This document shows positions 1-9,393 of a stretch of 64,000 nucleotides of DNA, in pieces. Positions within the stretch are counted from its first letter, which is position 1; each line of letters begins with the position of its first letter. The DNA is from Sphingobacterium sp. GTDB lineage: Bacteria > Bacteroidota > Bacteroidia > Sphingobacteriales > Sphingobacteriaceae. Where the stretch lies: NCBI GenBank assembly GCA_040394915.1, contig JBEBRI010000001.1, forward strand, positions 51,792 to 115,791, written 5' to 3'. The notes under the pieces were generated by a model, which saw only the letters and a list, made by a program, of their open reading frames with translations, was not told where the DNA came from and did no database searches. A program made the translations under genes and the position numbers.

Positions 1-1593
1 CCAAATGATAAATCGGAAATCGCTGATTTCTATGCCACATTGGATGGCTCTGGCCGATCAAGATTATTTGAAAGTCGTATCAGTAATGATACGGTTTATG
101 TTGATATCGATTATTATTATCCAATTGAGTCGGATAATGAAGTGGATTTATCGAAAGTACTTTTAAAGGCTTCTATTCCAGTTGATTCACGTATAGAACC
201 TTCTTTAGAGGGGATTAGCGATTTATCCAAGCCGATTCATGTTTCGGTGATCGCTGGTGATGGCTCTTCTAAGGAATATGTGATTGTCGCGAATAAAAAA
301 GGAAATACGGATATTTTCAGAGCGACAATCAATTTTGAAGATCAAGCGGGCGTTCCGCAGGAAGTTGACGCGATTATCGTAGGAAATGTCGTGAACTTTT
401 CTATTGTTCCAGGGACGCAATTAATCAATCCAAAGCTGACTTATGTTTTAAATAAACATGCTACGGGTTCCATTACGAATGGTTCTTCTATTAGTTTGTC
501 CTCAGCGCTACCTTTTACCGTTTCATCGGCAGGAAATGCGACACGCACTTATAGTTTGAAAGCAGTGGATGCGGTAAAACTTCCGAAAGGTATTCGTCAA
601 AACAGTGCTAAGATCATGTTTGCGAAAAAACTGAAAGCCGATTTAGGTATTTCAGTAGACGATATGACGAACAGCTTAGCTGTTGTTGGTAAGCATTTAG
701 TATTGAATACTAGAGGTGAAAACAGTGTATACATCAATGCATTTACGGGTGAGAAACTTGGTGCTATTGAATTAGGAGACAAAAAAGGAAGCTTAAGAAA
801 CTTCAATAATACCTCAGATGATGGTGGTAACTTTTTCTTGAACAACTTGGTTCCGAATGATGGTAATGTTTTCAAAATATGGAAAGCGACTTCGGTTTCA
901 GCGCCATTGGTTCCATTCATTGAATGGGATGCTGCGGGTAAAAAGTTAGGAAGACGTGTATCTATTATTGGTGATGTAACCAAGAACGCATTGATTACAG
1001 CTCCATTCCATGGCGCCAATGATAAAACATTTGCTCGTTGGCAAGTTACAAATGGGGTTTTAGTTTCTAATACACCGACGATTGTTACCGTAAGTGACTA
1101 TGCTTGGTCAGATAACAATATTGATATCATTTATACAAATCCATCAGATCCTTCGAATGAGTATTATGCAGTTGGATATTCGGATAATCGGTTGGCAAAG
1201 CTGAATGGAGTAACGAATTCATTATCCGCAAGTCTAGAAAAGCTAGATGCGAACTTTATCACAAATTCTGTTGATTTTACAAACTTCAATAACGGTAAAT
1301 ATGTTGCCTATAATCATATCAATAGCTTCGATTGGGGAATAGCAGATCAGGTTTACTTGATTGATACCGAAGGTGGATTCAGTGGAAATCCTGCATTAGC
1401 GACTACCCCAGGATTGGTTTGGGCAGCACCAAAAGGTGTTTACGGTCGCGCTGGAACCAGTCAACCGGCTAATAAAAACGGGACCGGTGATGTCATCATG
1501 GCTGTTTCTGAAAACGGCTTCTATATGTATTTGTATTTCGTGTTCACGAATGGTTATGTCGTGGGCGTGCAGTATGACTGCGTGGACTTATAA
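1..1593 (+). CDS. DUF5018-like PUL-associated surface protein (5' truncated by window edge)
   Basis: Frame is open from base 1 (CCA AAT GAT AAA...), so the TTG at 40 is not the true start. Repeated Ig-like segments, then a beta-rich C-terminus ending FTNGYVVGVQYDCVDL; lies upstream of glycosidase genes. Confidence 0.6.
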   Translation, partial: PNDKSEIADFYATLDGSGRSRLFESRISNDTVYVDIDYYYPIESDNEVDLSKVLLKASIPVDSRIEPSLEGISDLSKPIHVSVIAGDGSSKEYVIVANKKGNTDIFRATINFEDQAGVPQEVDAIIVGNVVNFSIVPGTQLINPKLTYVLNKHATGSITNGSSISLSSALPFTVSSAGNATRTYSLKAVDAVKLPKGIRQNSAKIMFAKKLKADLGISVDDMTNSLAVVGKHLVLNTRGENSVYINAFTGEKLGAIELGDKKGSLRNFNNTSDDGGNFFLNNLVPNDGNVFKIWKATSVSAPLVPFIEWDAAGKKLGRRVSIIGDVTKNALITAPFHGANDKTFARWQVTNGVLVSNTPTIVTVSDYAWSDNNIDIIYTNPSDPSNEYYAVGYSDNRLAKLNGVTNSLSASLEKLDANFITNSVDFTNFNNGKYVAYNHINSFDWGIADQVYLIDTEGGFSGNPALATTPGLVWAAPKGVYGRAGTSQPANKNGTGDVIMAVSENGFYMYLYFVFTNGYVVGVQYDCVDL

Positions 1594-1610
1594 AATATTT
1601 ATGTAGCTAT

Positions 1611-1636
1611 AAGCAGCAGTATCAATACTGCTGCTT
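1611..1636 (+). terminator. Intra-operon stem-loop (mRNA stabiliser or partial terminator)
   Basis: AAGCAGCAGTAT / ATACTGCTGCTT perfect inverted repeat between two co-oriented genes; weak U tract. Confidence 0.55.
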
Positions 1637-1651
1637 GTTAAAAAGAATTGA

Positions 1652-3049
1652 ATGATGAAATGGAAATCAATATTTGCTGCATTAGCGATCGCTGCTTTAG
1701 GATCTTGTTCTAAAGATTCAGGAACAGAAAAGCCAGTAGATAAACCTGATCCGGAAACCCCACCTACGCAGGAGGCTGGTAAGCAAGTGCTTGTTTGGGT
1801 AGATGCTCGTTCGAATGTTTTTGGTACTTATGGTAAGTTCAATAGCAAAGAAGAGATTGTAAAAATTCTCGATAAATTAAAAGATTGTGGAGTTACCGGT
1901 TTAGTCATTGACGTCAAGCCTAGCTCAGGTTATACGATGTATACCAGTAGTTATGCGAAGGAGTTTACAAGTTTAGATGGTAAGAATAAACCTGAAGATT
2001 ATGTAGAATTTCTAATTTCTGAAGCGAAAAAGCGAGAGATGAAGGCCTATCTGTCTATCGTTACATTTGTTGAAGGTGACGGGGGTAGAAATATGGGGCA
2101 CGCTTTTGATCATGGGGATTTCAAAGACAAATACGAATCGATCGTGCTGAAGAATACGCAAGGTCAGCTGGGGCGAATTTCTGAAACTGGAAAGAATATC
2201 TTCGTTAATCCAGCACAGCCGGAAGTACAAAACCGCGTGCTAAATATGATTAAAGAGATTACTGCTAAATTTCAACTGGATGGTCTAATGCTAGACTACG
2301 CTCGTTACACCGATATTAATGCCGATTTCTCTGATTATAGTAAACAACAGTTCATATCCTTCCTAAAAGAAAAATATAATGATAACCAGGCGGACAAGAT
2401 CAATTTTCCCTCGGATATTGTAAGTTCATGGAAGGAACAATCAGGGCAACTATTACCAAATGTAACTGGGAAGTACTATAAGCAATGGCTTGTCTACCGA
2501 ACTGGCGTTATTCAAGATTTCGTTAAGAAGGCGCGTCAAGCCGTCAAGTCGGTAAAGCCGGAAGTGAAGTTCGGAGCGTATGTTGGCGCATGGTACACGA
2601 CTTACTACCAAGTAGGGGTGAACTGGGCGAGTAAAGATTACGATCCTTTTCAGGATTTTGAATTACGTTTTGACTGGGGTTATCCTGGCTACGGTGCTAC
2701 AGGTTACTTTGAAGAGATGGATATGCTGATGACAGGTAATTATTTCACCCAGATTCGTCTTGCCGATAATCCAGCGACAGCAAATCTGAAATATCACTGG
2801 TGGAGTATCGAAGGTTCGCTAAATGGTATTGATTATATCACGAAAGGGAAGGCGCCTATCTACGGTAGTATTGATGTTGGCAATGTCAATTACGCGAGCA
2901 AAGCTGAGATTAGTAAAGCAATTAAATATATCCTTTCAAGAACATCCGGTGGAGTGATGCTTTTTGATGTTGTTCATATGTATGCTCCACAATATAATAT
3001 GCTAAAGCAAGAATTATTTGATGCCGTTAAAGATGGTGTGAAAAACTAA
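1652..3049 (+). CDS. Glycosyl hydrolase-like family 10 (GHL10/DUF4985-type) lipoprotein
   Basis: Lipobox ALGSC; TIM-barrel motifs IDVKP, FVNPAQPEV, DGLMLDYARY, YVGAWYTTYYQVGVNWAS. Confidence 0.75.
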   Translation: MMKWKSIFAALAIAALGSCSKDSGTEKPVDKPDPETPPTQEAGKQVLVWVDARSNVFGTYGKFNSKEEIVKILDKLKDCGVTGLVIDVKPSSGYTMYTSSYAKEFTSLDGKNKPEDYVEFLISEAKKREMKAYLSIVTFVEGDGGRNMGHAFDHGDFKDKYESIVLKNTQGQLGRISETGKNIFVNPAQPEVQNRVLNMIKEITAKFQLDGLMLDYARYTDINADFSDYSKQQFISFLKEKYNDNQADKINFPSDIVSSWKEQSGQLLPNVTGKYYKQWLVYRTGVIQDFVKKARQAVKSVKPEVKFGAYVGAWYTTYYQVGVNWASKDYDPFQDFELRFDWGYPGYGATGYFEEMDMLMTGNYFTQIRLADNPATANLKYHWWSIEGSLNGIDYITKGKAPIYGSIDVGNVNYASKAEISKAIKYILSRTSGGVMLFDVVHMYAPQYNMLKQELFDAVKDGVKN

Positions 3050-3058
3050 ACGAAAGAC

Positions 3059-4372
3059 ATGAGATTATTAAGTATAGCTTTTATCATTACAATTTTATTC
3101 AGTTCCTGTGGAGTTCGCAAGCAACAAGCAGCTAAGGGTAAGCCTTTCATTGATAGGAATATTCTATGGTTTGATGCGACAGCGAACTTTGACAGATTCT
3201 GTCATAAAGACTCTATTCTTTTTTACCTTCAAAAGTCGAAAAAAGTAGGTGTGACAGATATTGTAGTGGATGTGAAACCCATTACTGGCGAAGTTTTGTA
3301 TCCTAGTAAGATTGCACCTGTAATGACTTCTTGGGGTGAATCAAAAACAAAAAAGGATCTTTCTTGGGATATGTTAAGCTATTTCATTGAAAAAGGACAT
3401 CAATTAGGCTTAAAGATTCATGCGTCCACAAATGTTTTTGTTGCTGGTCATAATTACTTCGATCGTGGCGTTGTTTATGATGACGAAACCAAGGCTCACT
3501 GGCGGACAAAGTCATATTTACCAGAGGGTTTTAAGCTTATCACGGAGCAGAAGAATAAGTATTCGGCAATGATTAATCCAGTGTTATCGGAAGTGCGTCA
3601 ATATGAGCTTTCAATCTTGAAAGAACTCGTTTCCATGTATCCTAAATTGGATGGGATAATTCTCGATCGTGTTCGCTTTGATAATTTAAATGCTGATTTT
3701 TCAGAGGAAAGTAAAAAGCAGTTTGAGAGCTATTTGGGAAAACCATTAGCTAAATTTCCGGCAGATATTTACGAATATCAAGATGGCAAACGCGTTGATG
3801 GAATCTACTTTAAAGAGTGGTTGACTTGGAGAGCGAAGATTATTCATGACTTCATCTTTGAAGCACGAGCGGCACTTAAAGGTATCAATCCTAATATTGT
3901 TTTCGGTGATTATACAGGTTCTTGGTATCCATTGTATTATGATGTGGGTGTAAACTTTGCCAGCAAGAATTATGATCCTTCCAAGGAATTTGAATGGGCC
4001 TCGGGGGAGTATAAGAATTATGGATATGCGGAGGCTTTAGATTTATTCACCACGGGTAATTATTATTTCGAAGTAGAGAAATCTGAGATTTTGAAGAAGG
4101 ATGACCAAAAGAAGTTGGAGTCTGGATTAACTGTCGCACAAGAAGACTGGTATACAGTTGAGGGCTCTGCGGACTTAGTAAATCGCGTCACTATGGGCGA
4201 AACACCCGTGTATGCTGGACTTTATGTCGAACAGTATAAAGGACATCCAGAACAATTTGTGAAAGCTTTAAAGATGTGCCGAGCAAAATCTGAAGGCTCA
4301 ATGATATTCGATATTGTCCATGTCATTAACTATGGATGGTGGGATTATTTAAAAGAAGGTTTAACAAAATAA
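3059..4372 (+). CDS. Glycosyl hydrolase-like family 10 (GHL10/DUF4985-type) lipoprotein, paralog of upstream gene
   Basis: Lipobox FSSC; WFDATANF, VDVKPITGEVLY, DGIILDRVRFD, YTGSWYPLYYDVGVNFAS. Confidence 0.8.
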   Translation: MRLLSIAFIITILFSSCGVRKQQAAKGKPFIDRNILWFDATANFDRFCHKDSILFYLQKSKKVGVTDIVVDVKPITGEVLYPSKIAPVMTSWGESKTKKDLSWDMLSYFIEKGHQLGLKIHASTNVFVAGHNYFDRGVVYDDETKAHWRTKSYLPEGFKLITEQKNKYSAMINPVLSEVRQYELSILKELVSMYPKLDGIILDRVRFDNLNADFSEESKKQFESYLGKPLAKFPADIYEYQDGKRVDGIYFKEWLTWRAKIIHDFIFEARAALKGINPNIVFGDYTGSWYPLYYDVGVNFASKNYDPSKEFEWASGEYKNYGYAEALDLFTTGNYYFEVEKSEILKKDDQKKLESGLTVAQEDWYTVEGSADLVNRVTMGETPVYAGLYVEQYKGHPEQFVKALKMCRAKSEGSMIFDIVHVINYGWWDYLKEGLTK

Positions 4373-4383
4373 TATACATTTTC

Positions 4384-5562
4384 ATGCTTAAAAAATTTAT
4401 CACATTACTTGCTATTCCGTTCTTGTTTCAACACGTATCGTTGGCTCAAGAAAACCTATCCACGATCTCTAAAGCGCTGAGAAACGCGAAAGAAGGAGAG
4501 ACAGTCATTTTAAAGAACTTTCTAAAACCTGATTTTAAGAAAATTGCTTTTAAACAAACCGTTGTTCCTGGCCCTCAGTTTTTGATCTCCGATGACCCTG
4601 AATATATTCGTATACCTGAGGCTATCGTCATGCAAGAGCAGGTAGCTCCTGGAGCGGTGAGATTATATGTTTACAATGTAAATGGGGTAAAGGAACCGAC
4701 ACAGATTCCTAGAAAAATTAATGCCGTAATTAAGAATCTTGGAAAAGAAAATTTGCACTTAAGAATGCTTAAATTCTCTTCTCAAGCACCGAGCACGAAT
4801 TATTTCAAAATCGGAAAACAAGGTTTAGAAGATTACTTCAAATCGGAAGAAGTGAACGCCGTGAAAGTGATCAAGCCAGGAGAAGTAATTCCAATCGATG
4901 ATCAAATGGAAAAACAAATTGCCAAATACGATGAACTTGTTCACGGTATTTATGAATTTGTAGTAGATCAACCTGCTTTGATTTCTGTTGTCCAAACGGC
5001 CCCAGAGCGTAGCACTGCTGAAGCATTTTCTAAAATCGATACGATCATTCCATTTAGTCATGTGAATGCAGGACGGGGTATATTCCCAGTATCGAACTAC
5101 AAGATAGTTAGTACAGATACGTTAGATACGAAACAAGGGGTTCAACAGCTGATTATTGCCGATGGTGAAGATGATCCTTGGATCACGGGGACAATCGGTG
5201 CGGATAAACAGCCTGCTAAGAATGCTGGAAACTACGGTGTATTATACGATACGAATATCAAGTGGAAAAGTACAGATGGTAAGGGACTTGCATTAATCAC
5301 TTGGAATAGTCGTTCCGCAGACAATCAGTGGTGTGGCGGTATGGGATTAACGATGGAGGTCTTCGATGCGCAAGGCAAAAAGTCGGTAAACCAGTATCCT
5401 AGCAACCAGCTTGTCACTAGGGCTGCCCCTGAAGCGATTTTAATTAAGATTTACAAACCAGACCCGAAGAAAGAAATTCAAGAGATTAATTTCACGTATT
5501 CGCCTCCGGGTGCATCTTGTCTACCTACACCAATGATTTTGGTGCCGATCGACTTAAAATAA
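4384..5562 (+). CDS. Secreted protein of unknown function
   Basis: ATG at 4384 follows the upstream stop and starts a signal peptide (MLKKFITLLAIPFLF...SLAQ); motifs ISDDPEYI, NAGNYGVLY, YSPPGASCLP. Confidence 0.6.
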   Translation: MLKKFITLLAIPFLFQHVSLAQENLSTISKALRNAKEGETVILKNFLKPDFKKIAFKQTVVPGPQFLISDDPEYIRIPEAIVMQEQVAPGAVRLYVYNVNGVKEPTQIPRKINAVIKNLGKENLHLRMLKFSSQAPSTNYFKIGKQGLEDYFKSEEVNAVKVIKPGEVIPIDDQMEKQIAKYDELVHGIYEFVVDQPALISVVQTAPERSTAEAFSKIDTIIPFSHVNAGRGIFPVSNYKIVSTDTLDTKQGVQQLIIADGEDDPWITGTIGADKQPAKNAGNYGVLYDTNIKWKSTDGKGLALITWNSRSADNQWCGGMGLTMEVFDAQGKKSVNQYPSNQLVTRAAPEAILIKIYKPDPKKEIQEINFTYSPPGASCLPTPMILVPIDLK

Positions 5563-5585
5563 AAATATTGTAATCAACCAACCTC

Positions 5586-5617
5586 GGTCTGTTACTGCTA
5601 GACAGTAACAGACCTTT
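5586..5617 (+). terminator. Stem-loop / possible intrinsic terminator
   Basis: GGTCTGTTACTG-ctaga-CAGTAACAGACC followed by TTT. Confidence 0.6.
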
Positions 5618-5642
5618 ACAACAAAATTAAAGGAATAATAAC

Positions 5643-7055
5643 TTGAATACACCTGTAAAAAAATATAGAAATCTCAGTATCGATTTGTTAAGAGGATTGG
5701 CGATCGTTGGGATGGTTTTGGCTGCAGTGATTCCTTGGACATCTGAATTTCCAGGTTGGATGTATCATGCACAAGTAGCCCCACCTGACTTTAAGTTTAA
5801 TCCAGATCGACCTGGAATAACTTGGGTAGATTTAGTTTTTCCTTTTTTTCTTTTTTCAATGGGGGCTGCATTTCCTTTTGCCCTTAAGAAGTCATATGAT
5901 GCTGGAAAGTTCGGCTCGATAAGTAAAATCATATTTAGAAGAGGTTTTTTGCTTGTGGTATTTGCAATTGCTTTAGCATATTTAACTCCAGAAAACCTAA
6001 CTGGGAGTAAGACAATAAACTATCTCAGCTCATTAGCAGCCTTTGCCGCATTCTTTTTACTATTTATGCGTTTTGAAGGAAGCGTATGGCGAAAATATGG
6101 ACTTCAGGCCTTGGGCATATTGATACTTATCCTACTCACCTATTATCATAGCGAAGTATTAGGTAATACGTTTCACAAAGAAAAAAGTAATATCATCATT
6201 CTGGTACTAGCCAATATGGCTGTATTCGGAACTTTATTTTGGCTGCTATCGGCCAATAATATGTATATAAGAATTGTGATTCTTATTTGCTTCATGGGAA
6301 TTTGGTTTACCAAAGATATCCCGGGAAGTTGGACGGCTTACATTTGGAACTTTCACCCGGAGATACACTGGTTCTATAACTTTGCATTTCTAAAATACCT
6401 ATGTATAGTCTTGCCTGGCTCTATATTGGGAGATCTAATATGGAAGCATAAGGACCTCTTTCAAACGCCTTTTACTGACGCAGAAAAGAAGTCAACCGCA
6501 ATGCTTGCGATCCTAGCGCTCTTGTTCGTCGCATTCCATGTGGTTTGTTTATATGAGCGGTGGATCATGCTTGATTTGGTAGGGCATACCCTGTTCGCAT
6601 TGCTGTTTTATTTCCTATTGAAAGACAAAACGGTAGGCAAAATCGCTTTCTATAAACAGTTAGTATTATGTGGCTTGGCATTTTCAACAATGGGTTTATT
6701 CTTCGAGCCCCTTGATGGCGGGATCAAGAAAGATCCATCATCTTTTAGTTATTGGTTTATCACAAGCGGATTGGCATTTATATTTTATCTAACATGAGAC
6801 TACTAAGAAACAATCTGGAAAAATAATATGATTATCCAATCATTATTGCGCTGTGGTCAAAATCCAATGATTGCTTATAGTGTCTCTGCGTTTTTTATTA
6901 CGCCAATCCTAGGGTTAGCACAGGTGTTGCCTGTGTTAGATCAACTTGGTAGTATAAGTCCTTATTTAGGGTTAATTAGAACGGTCATTTTTATTGTGCT
7001 TATGATCTTTGTGACCAGTTATTGCACAAGACGTCAATGGTTTTGGCGTTCATAA
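5643..7055 (+). pseudogene. DUF5009 / HGSNAT-like multi-pass membrane acyltransferase interrupted by two in-frame stops
   Basis: SIDLLRGLAIVGM, WMYHAQ, GITWVDLVFPFFLFSMG, GGIKKDPSSFSY. ORFs 5643-6797 and 6828-7055 share a frame, separated by TGA (6795-6797) and TAA (6804-6806). The second ORF carries the C-terminal GQNPMIAY...WFWRS end. Confidence 0.75.
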
Positions 7056-7086
7056 ATTCGATTATCAACATACTAACGATATATAA

Positions 7087-7764
7087 ATGAAATTGAAATA
7101 TTTTAGTCTAATCATGTTAGGTCTCTTGACTAAGAATCTTAGCGCGCAAGTGGCGGTAGACAGCAACTATGTCTTCTCTGGTTATACGGATCGTCTTGCG
7201 TTCTTCAATAAGATGCCTGTAAAGAAGGGCGCTGTAATTTTCTTAGGTGACAGTCTAACCGAGGCGGGGCGCTGGGAAGATATCGCTCCTGAATTACCCA
7301 TCTTAAACAGAGGAATTAGTGGCGATATCTCGTTTGGTGTTGTTGCGCGTTTAGAGGAGATCATTCGTCATCAGCCGAAGAAGGTTTTCTTGATGATTGG
7401 GGTGAACGACTTAAAGAGAAATGTACCTGCCGCTATGATAATCGCAAATTATCATAAGATTATTAAACGTATACAACAAGAGTCCCCTAAGACTCAAATC
7501 TATTTGAGCAGCCTGTTGCCTATTAACGACGCTAAGTTGATCGAATCATTTAAACTGGTTAAAAATACAGATTTAACAAACATCAATTCCGAGTTGAAGC
7601 AACTGAACGCTACTTATAAAAATGTCACTTTCGTTGATTTATACCCAATAATCGCTGATGAAAAAAGTCAGTTGAGAGCGGAAATGACACCTGATGGTAT
7701 TCATTTGGAAGTAGCGGCTTATATTCCTTATATCAATTATTTAAAAGCCAAGAAATATTTATAA
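7087..7764 (+). CDS. SGNH/GDSL esterase (candidate sugar O-acetylesterase)
   Basis: FLGDSLT, NRGISGD, MIGVND, DGIH blocks; signal peptide. Confidence 0.85.
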   Translation: MKLKYFSLIMLGLLTKNLSAQVAVDSNYVFSGYTDRLAFFNKMPVKKGAVIFLGDSLTEAGRWEDIAPELPILNRGISGDISFGVVARLEEIIRHQPKKVFLMIGVNDLKRNVPAAMIIANYHKIIKRIQQESPKTQIYLSSLLPINDAKLIESFKLVKNTDLTNINSELKQLNATYKNVTFVDLYPIIADEKSQLRAEMTPDGIHLEVAAYIPYINYLKAKKYL

Positions 7765-7765
7765 G

Positions 7766-8449
7766 ATGAAAACTTGTTTATTCATTATAGCGTCCCTTCT
7801 TTGCTTTTCACAAGGAAACGCGCAGGAGAAGAAAGAACTGTCTAGGGATAGTACTTACAATAACTGGTATTATGTTTCGCGCGAGAAGCTGTATCAAGGC
7901 TTAAAAGACACGAAGACAGACTTAGTGTTTTTTGGCAATAGTATCACGGAGCGTGGCCCTTGGCAAGAATTGATCGGCGGAAAGCTTAAAATTGGAAATC
8001 GGGGTATTGGTGGAGACAATACATTTGGGATGAAAGCTCGTGTTGCTGATGTTGTGAAAACTAAACCGAAAAAGATATTCTTAATGATGGGGATTAATGA
8101 TATCGGTAGAGGGCTTCCAACAGAATGGACCTTAAAAAACTATGAAGAAGTGATTCAAATCATTAAGAAAAATAGTCCGAAGACGAAGATTTATGTACAA
8201 AGTACCTTGCCGCTCAACGAAGATGTCCTTAAGTACGATTATTTGAAAGGTAAAGCACAAGCGATTAGAGATTTAAATACCGGAATTCAGGAGCTTGCCA
8301 GCAAATATAAGTTGACTTATGTAGCGTTGAGCAATGTACTCGGCGAGGGAGATAAGTTGTTAGAAAAATATACATCAGATGGTATTCACATTAATACGGA
8401 AGGTTATATCCGTTGGGTAGAATATCTGAAAGCTAAGCAATATTTATAA
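7766..8449 (+). CDS. SGNH/GDSL esterase, tandem paralog
   Basis: FFGNSIT, NRGIGGD, MMGIND, DGIH; signal peptide. Confidence 0.85.
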   Translation: MKTCLFIIASLLCFSQGNAQEKKELSRDSTYNNWYYVSREKLYQGLKDTKTDLVFFGNSITERGPWQELIGGKLKIGNRGIGGDNTFGMKARVADVVKTKPKKIFLMMGINDIGRGLPTEWTLKNYEEVIQIIKKNSPKTKIYVQSTLPLNEDVLKYDYLKGKAQAIRDLNTGIQELASKYKLTYVALSNVLGEGDKLLEKYTSDGIHINTEGYIRWVEYLKAKQYL

Positions 8450-9384
8450 TGAGAATTACAGGGACTTTTATTGACGAAATCAGTCATGATATTCCTCATC
8501 AAAACTGGGGAAGAGCCGAGTGGGATCAGGATTTTGCTCACATGAAATCCATCGGGATTGACACCGTAATCATGATTCGTAGTGGTTACCGTCGTTTTAT
8601 AACTTATCCTTCACCTTGGTTGCAGAAAGAATATGGATGCTATGCACCAAGTGAAGACTTGGTCGAAATGTTTCTTCAGCTTGCTGAAAAGCATGGCTTA
8701 AAGTTTTATTTCGGACTATACGATAGCGGACGCTATTGGGATACTGGAAATATGCAACATGAGATTGATGCGAATCGCTACGTGATCGATGAAGTTTGGT
8801 CTAAATATGGTCATTATTCAAGCTTTGGCGGTTGGTACCTTAGCATGGAAATTAGCCGAAAAACCAAAGGTGCTGCAACAGCTTTCCGCGTGTTAGGGGA
8901 GCAATGTAAAGCTGTTAGTAATAATCTTCCGACCTTGATATCCCCTTGGATCGACGGGAAAAAAGCCGTTATGGCTTCCTCTTCTTCACTGTCGAAGGCT
9001 GATGTCGTTTCTATTCAAGAACATGAGCGTGAATGGGATGAGATCTTCCATGAAATACACCAGGCTGTAGATGCCGTAGCCTTTCAAGATGGTCATATCG
9101 ATTACCATGAACTTGAAGACTTCTTTACTGTGAATAAAAAACTTGCAGATCGATATGGTATGGAATGCTGGACTAATGCGGAGTCTTTCGACCGCGATAT
9201 GCCGATCAAGTTCTTGCCCATTAAATTCGAAAAATTAAGACTTAAGTTGGAAGCTGCACGTCAGGCTGGTTATGATAAAGCAATCACGTTTGAGTTTTCA
9301 CATTTTATGAGCCCACAGTCTGCGTATTTACAGGCTGGACATTTATTTAACCGCTACAAAGAGTATTTAGAAAAATTGAAATAA
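8449..9384 (+). CDS. DUF4434-like protein (putative TIM-barrel glycoside hydrolase)
   Basis: ITGTFIDEISHDIPHQNWG, GIDTVIMIRSG, AFQDG, WTNAESFDRDMP, ITFEFSHFMSP; no signal peptide; TAATG overlap with upstream gene. Confidence 0.8.
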   Translation: MRITGTFIDEISHDIPHQNWGRAEWDQDFAHMKSIGIDTVIMIRSGYRRFITYPSPWLQKEYGCYAPSEDLVEMFLQLAEKHGLKFYFGLYDSGRYWDTGNMQHEIDANRYVIDEVWSKYGHYSSFGGWYLSMEISRKTKGAATAFRVLGEQCKAVSNNLPTLISPWIDGKKAVMASSSSLSKADVVSIQEHEREWDEIFHEIHQAVDAVAFQDGHIDYHELEDFFTVNKKLADRYGMECWTNAESFDRDMPIKFLPIKFEKLRLKLEAARQAGYDKAITFEFSHFMSPQSAYLQAGHLFNRYKEYLEKLK

Positions 9385-9393
9385 GGAAAAGAT

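Noticed and set aside
6795-6806. Selenocysteine or programmed readthrough, or DGR-type mutagenesis, explaining the stops
   Set aside because: The second stop is TAA, TGA is used as a normal stop elsewhere in the window, and no reverse transcriptase or template repeat is present.
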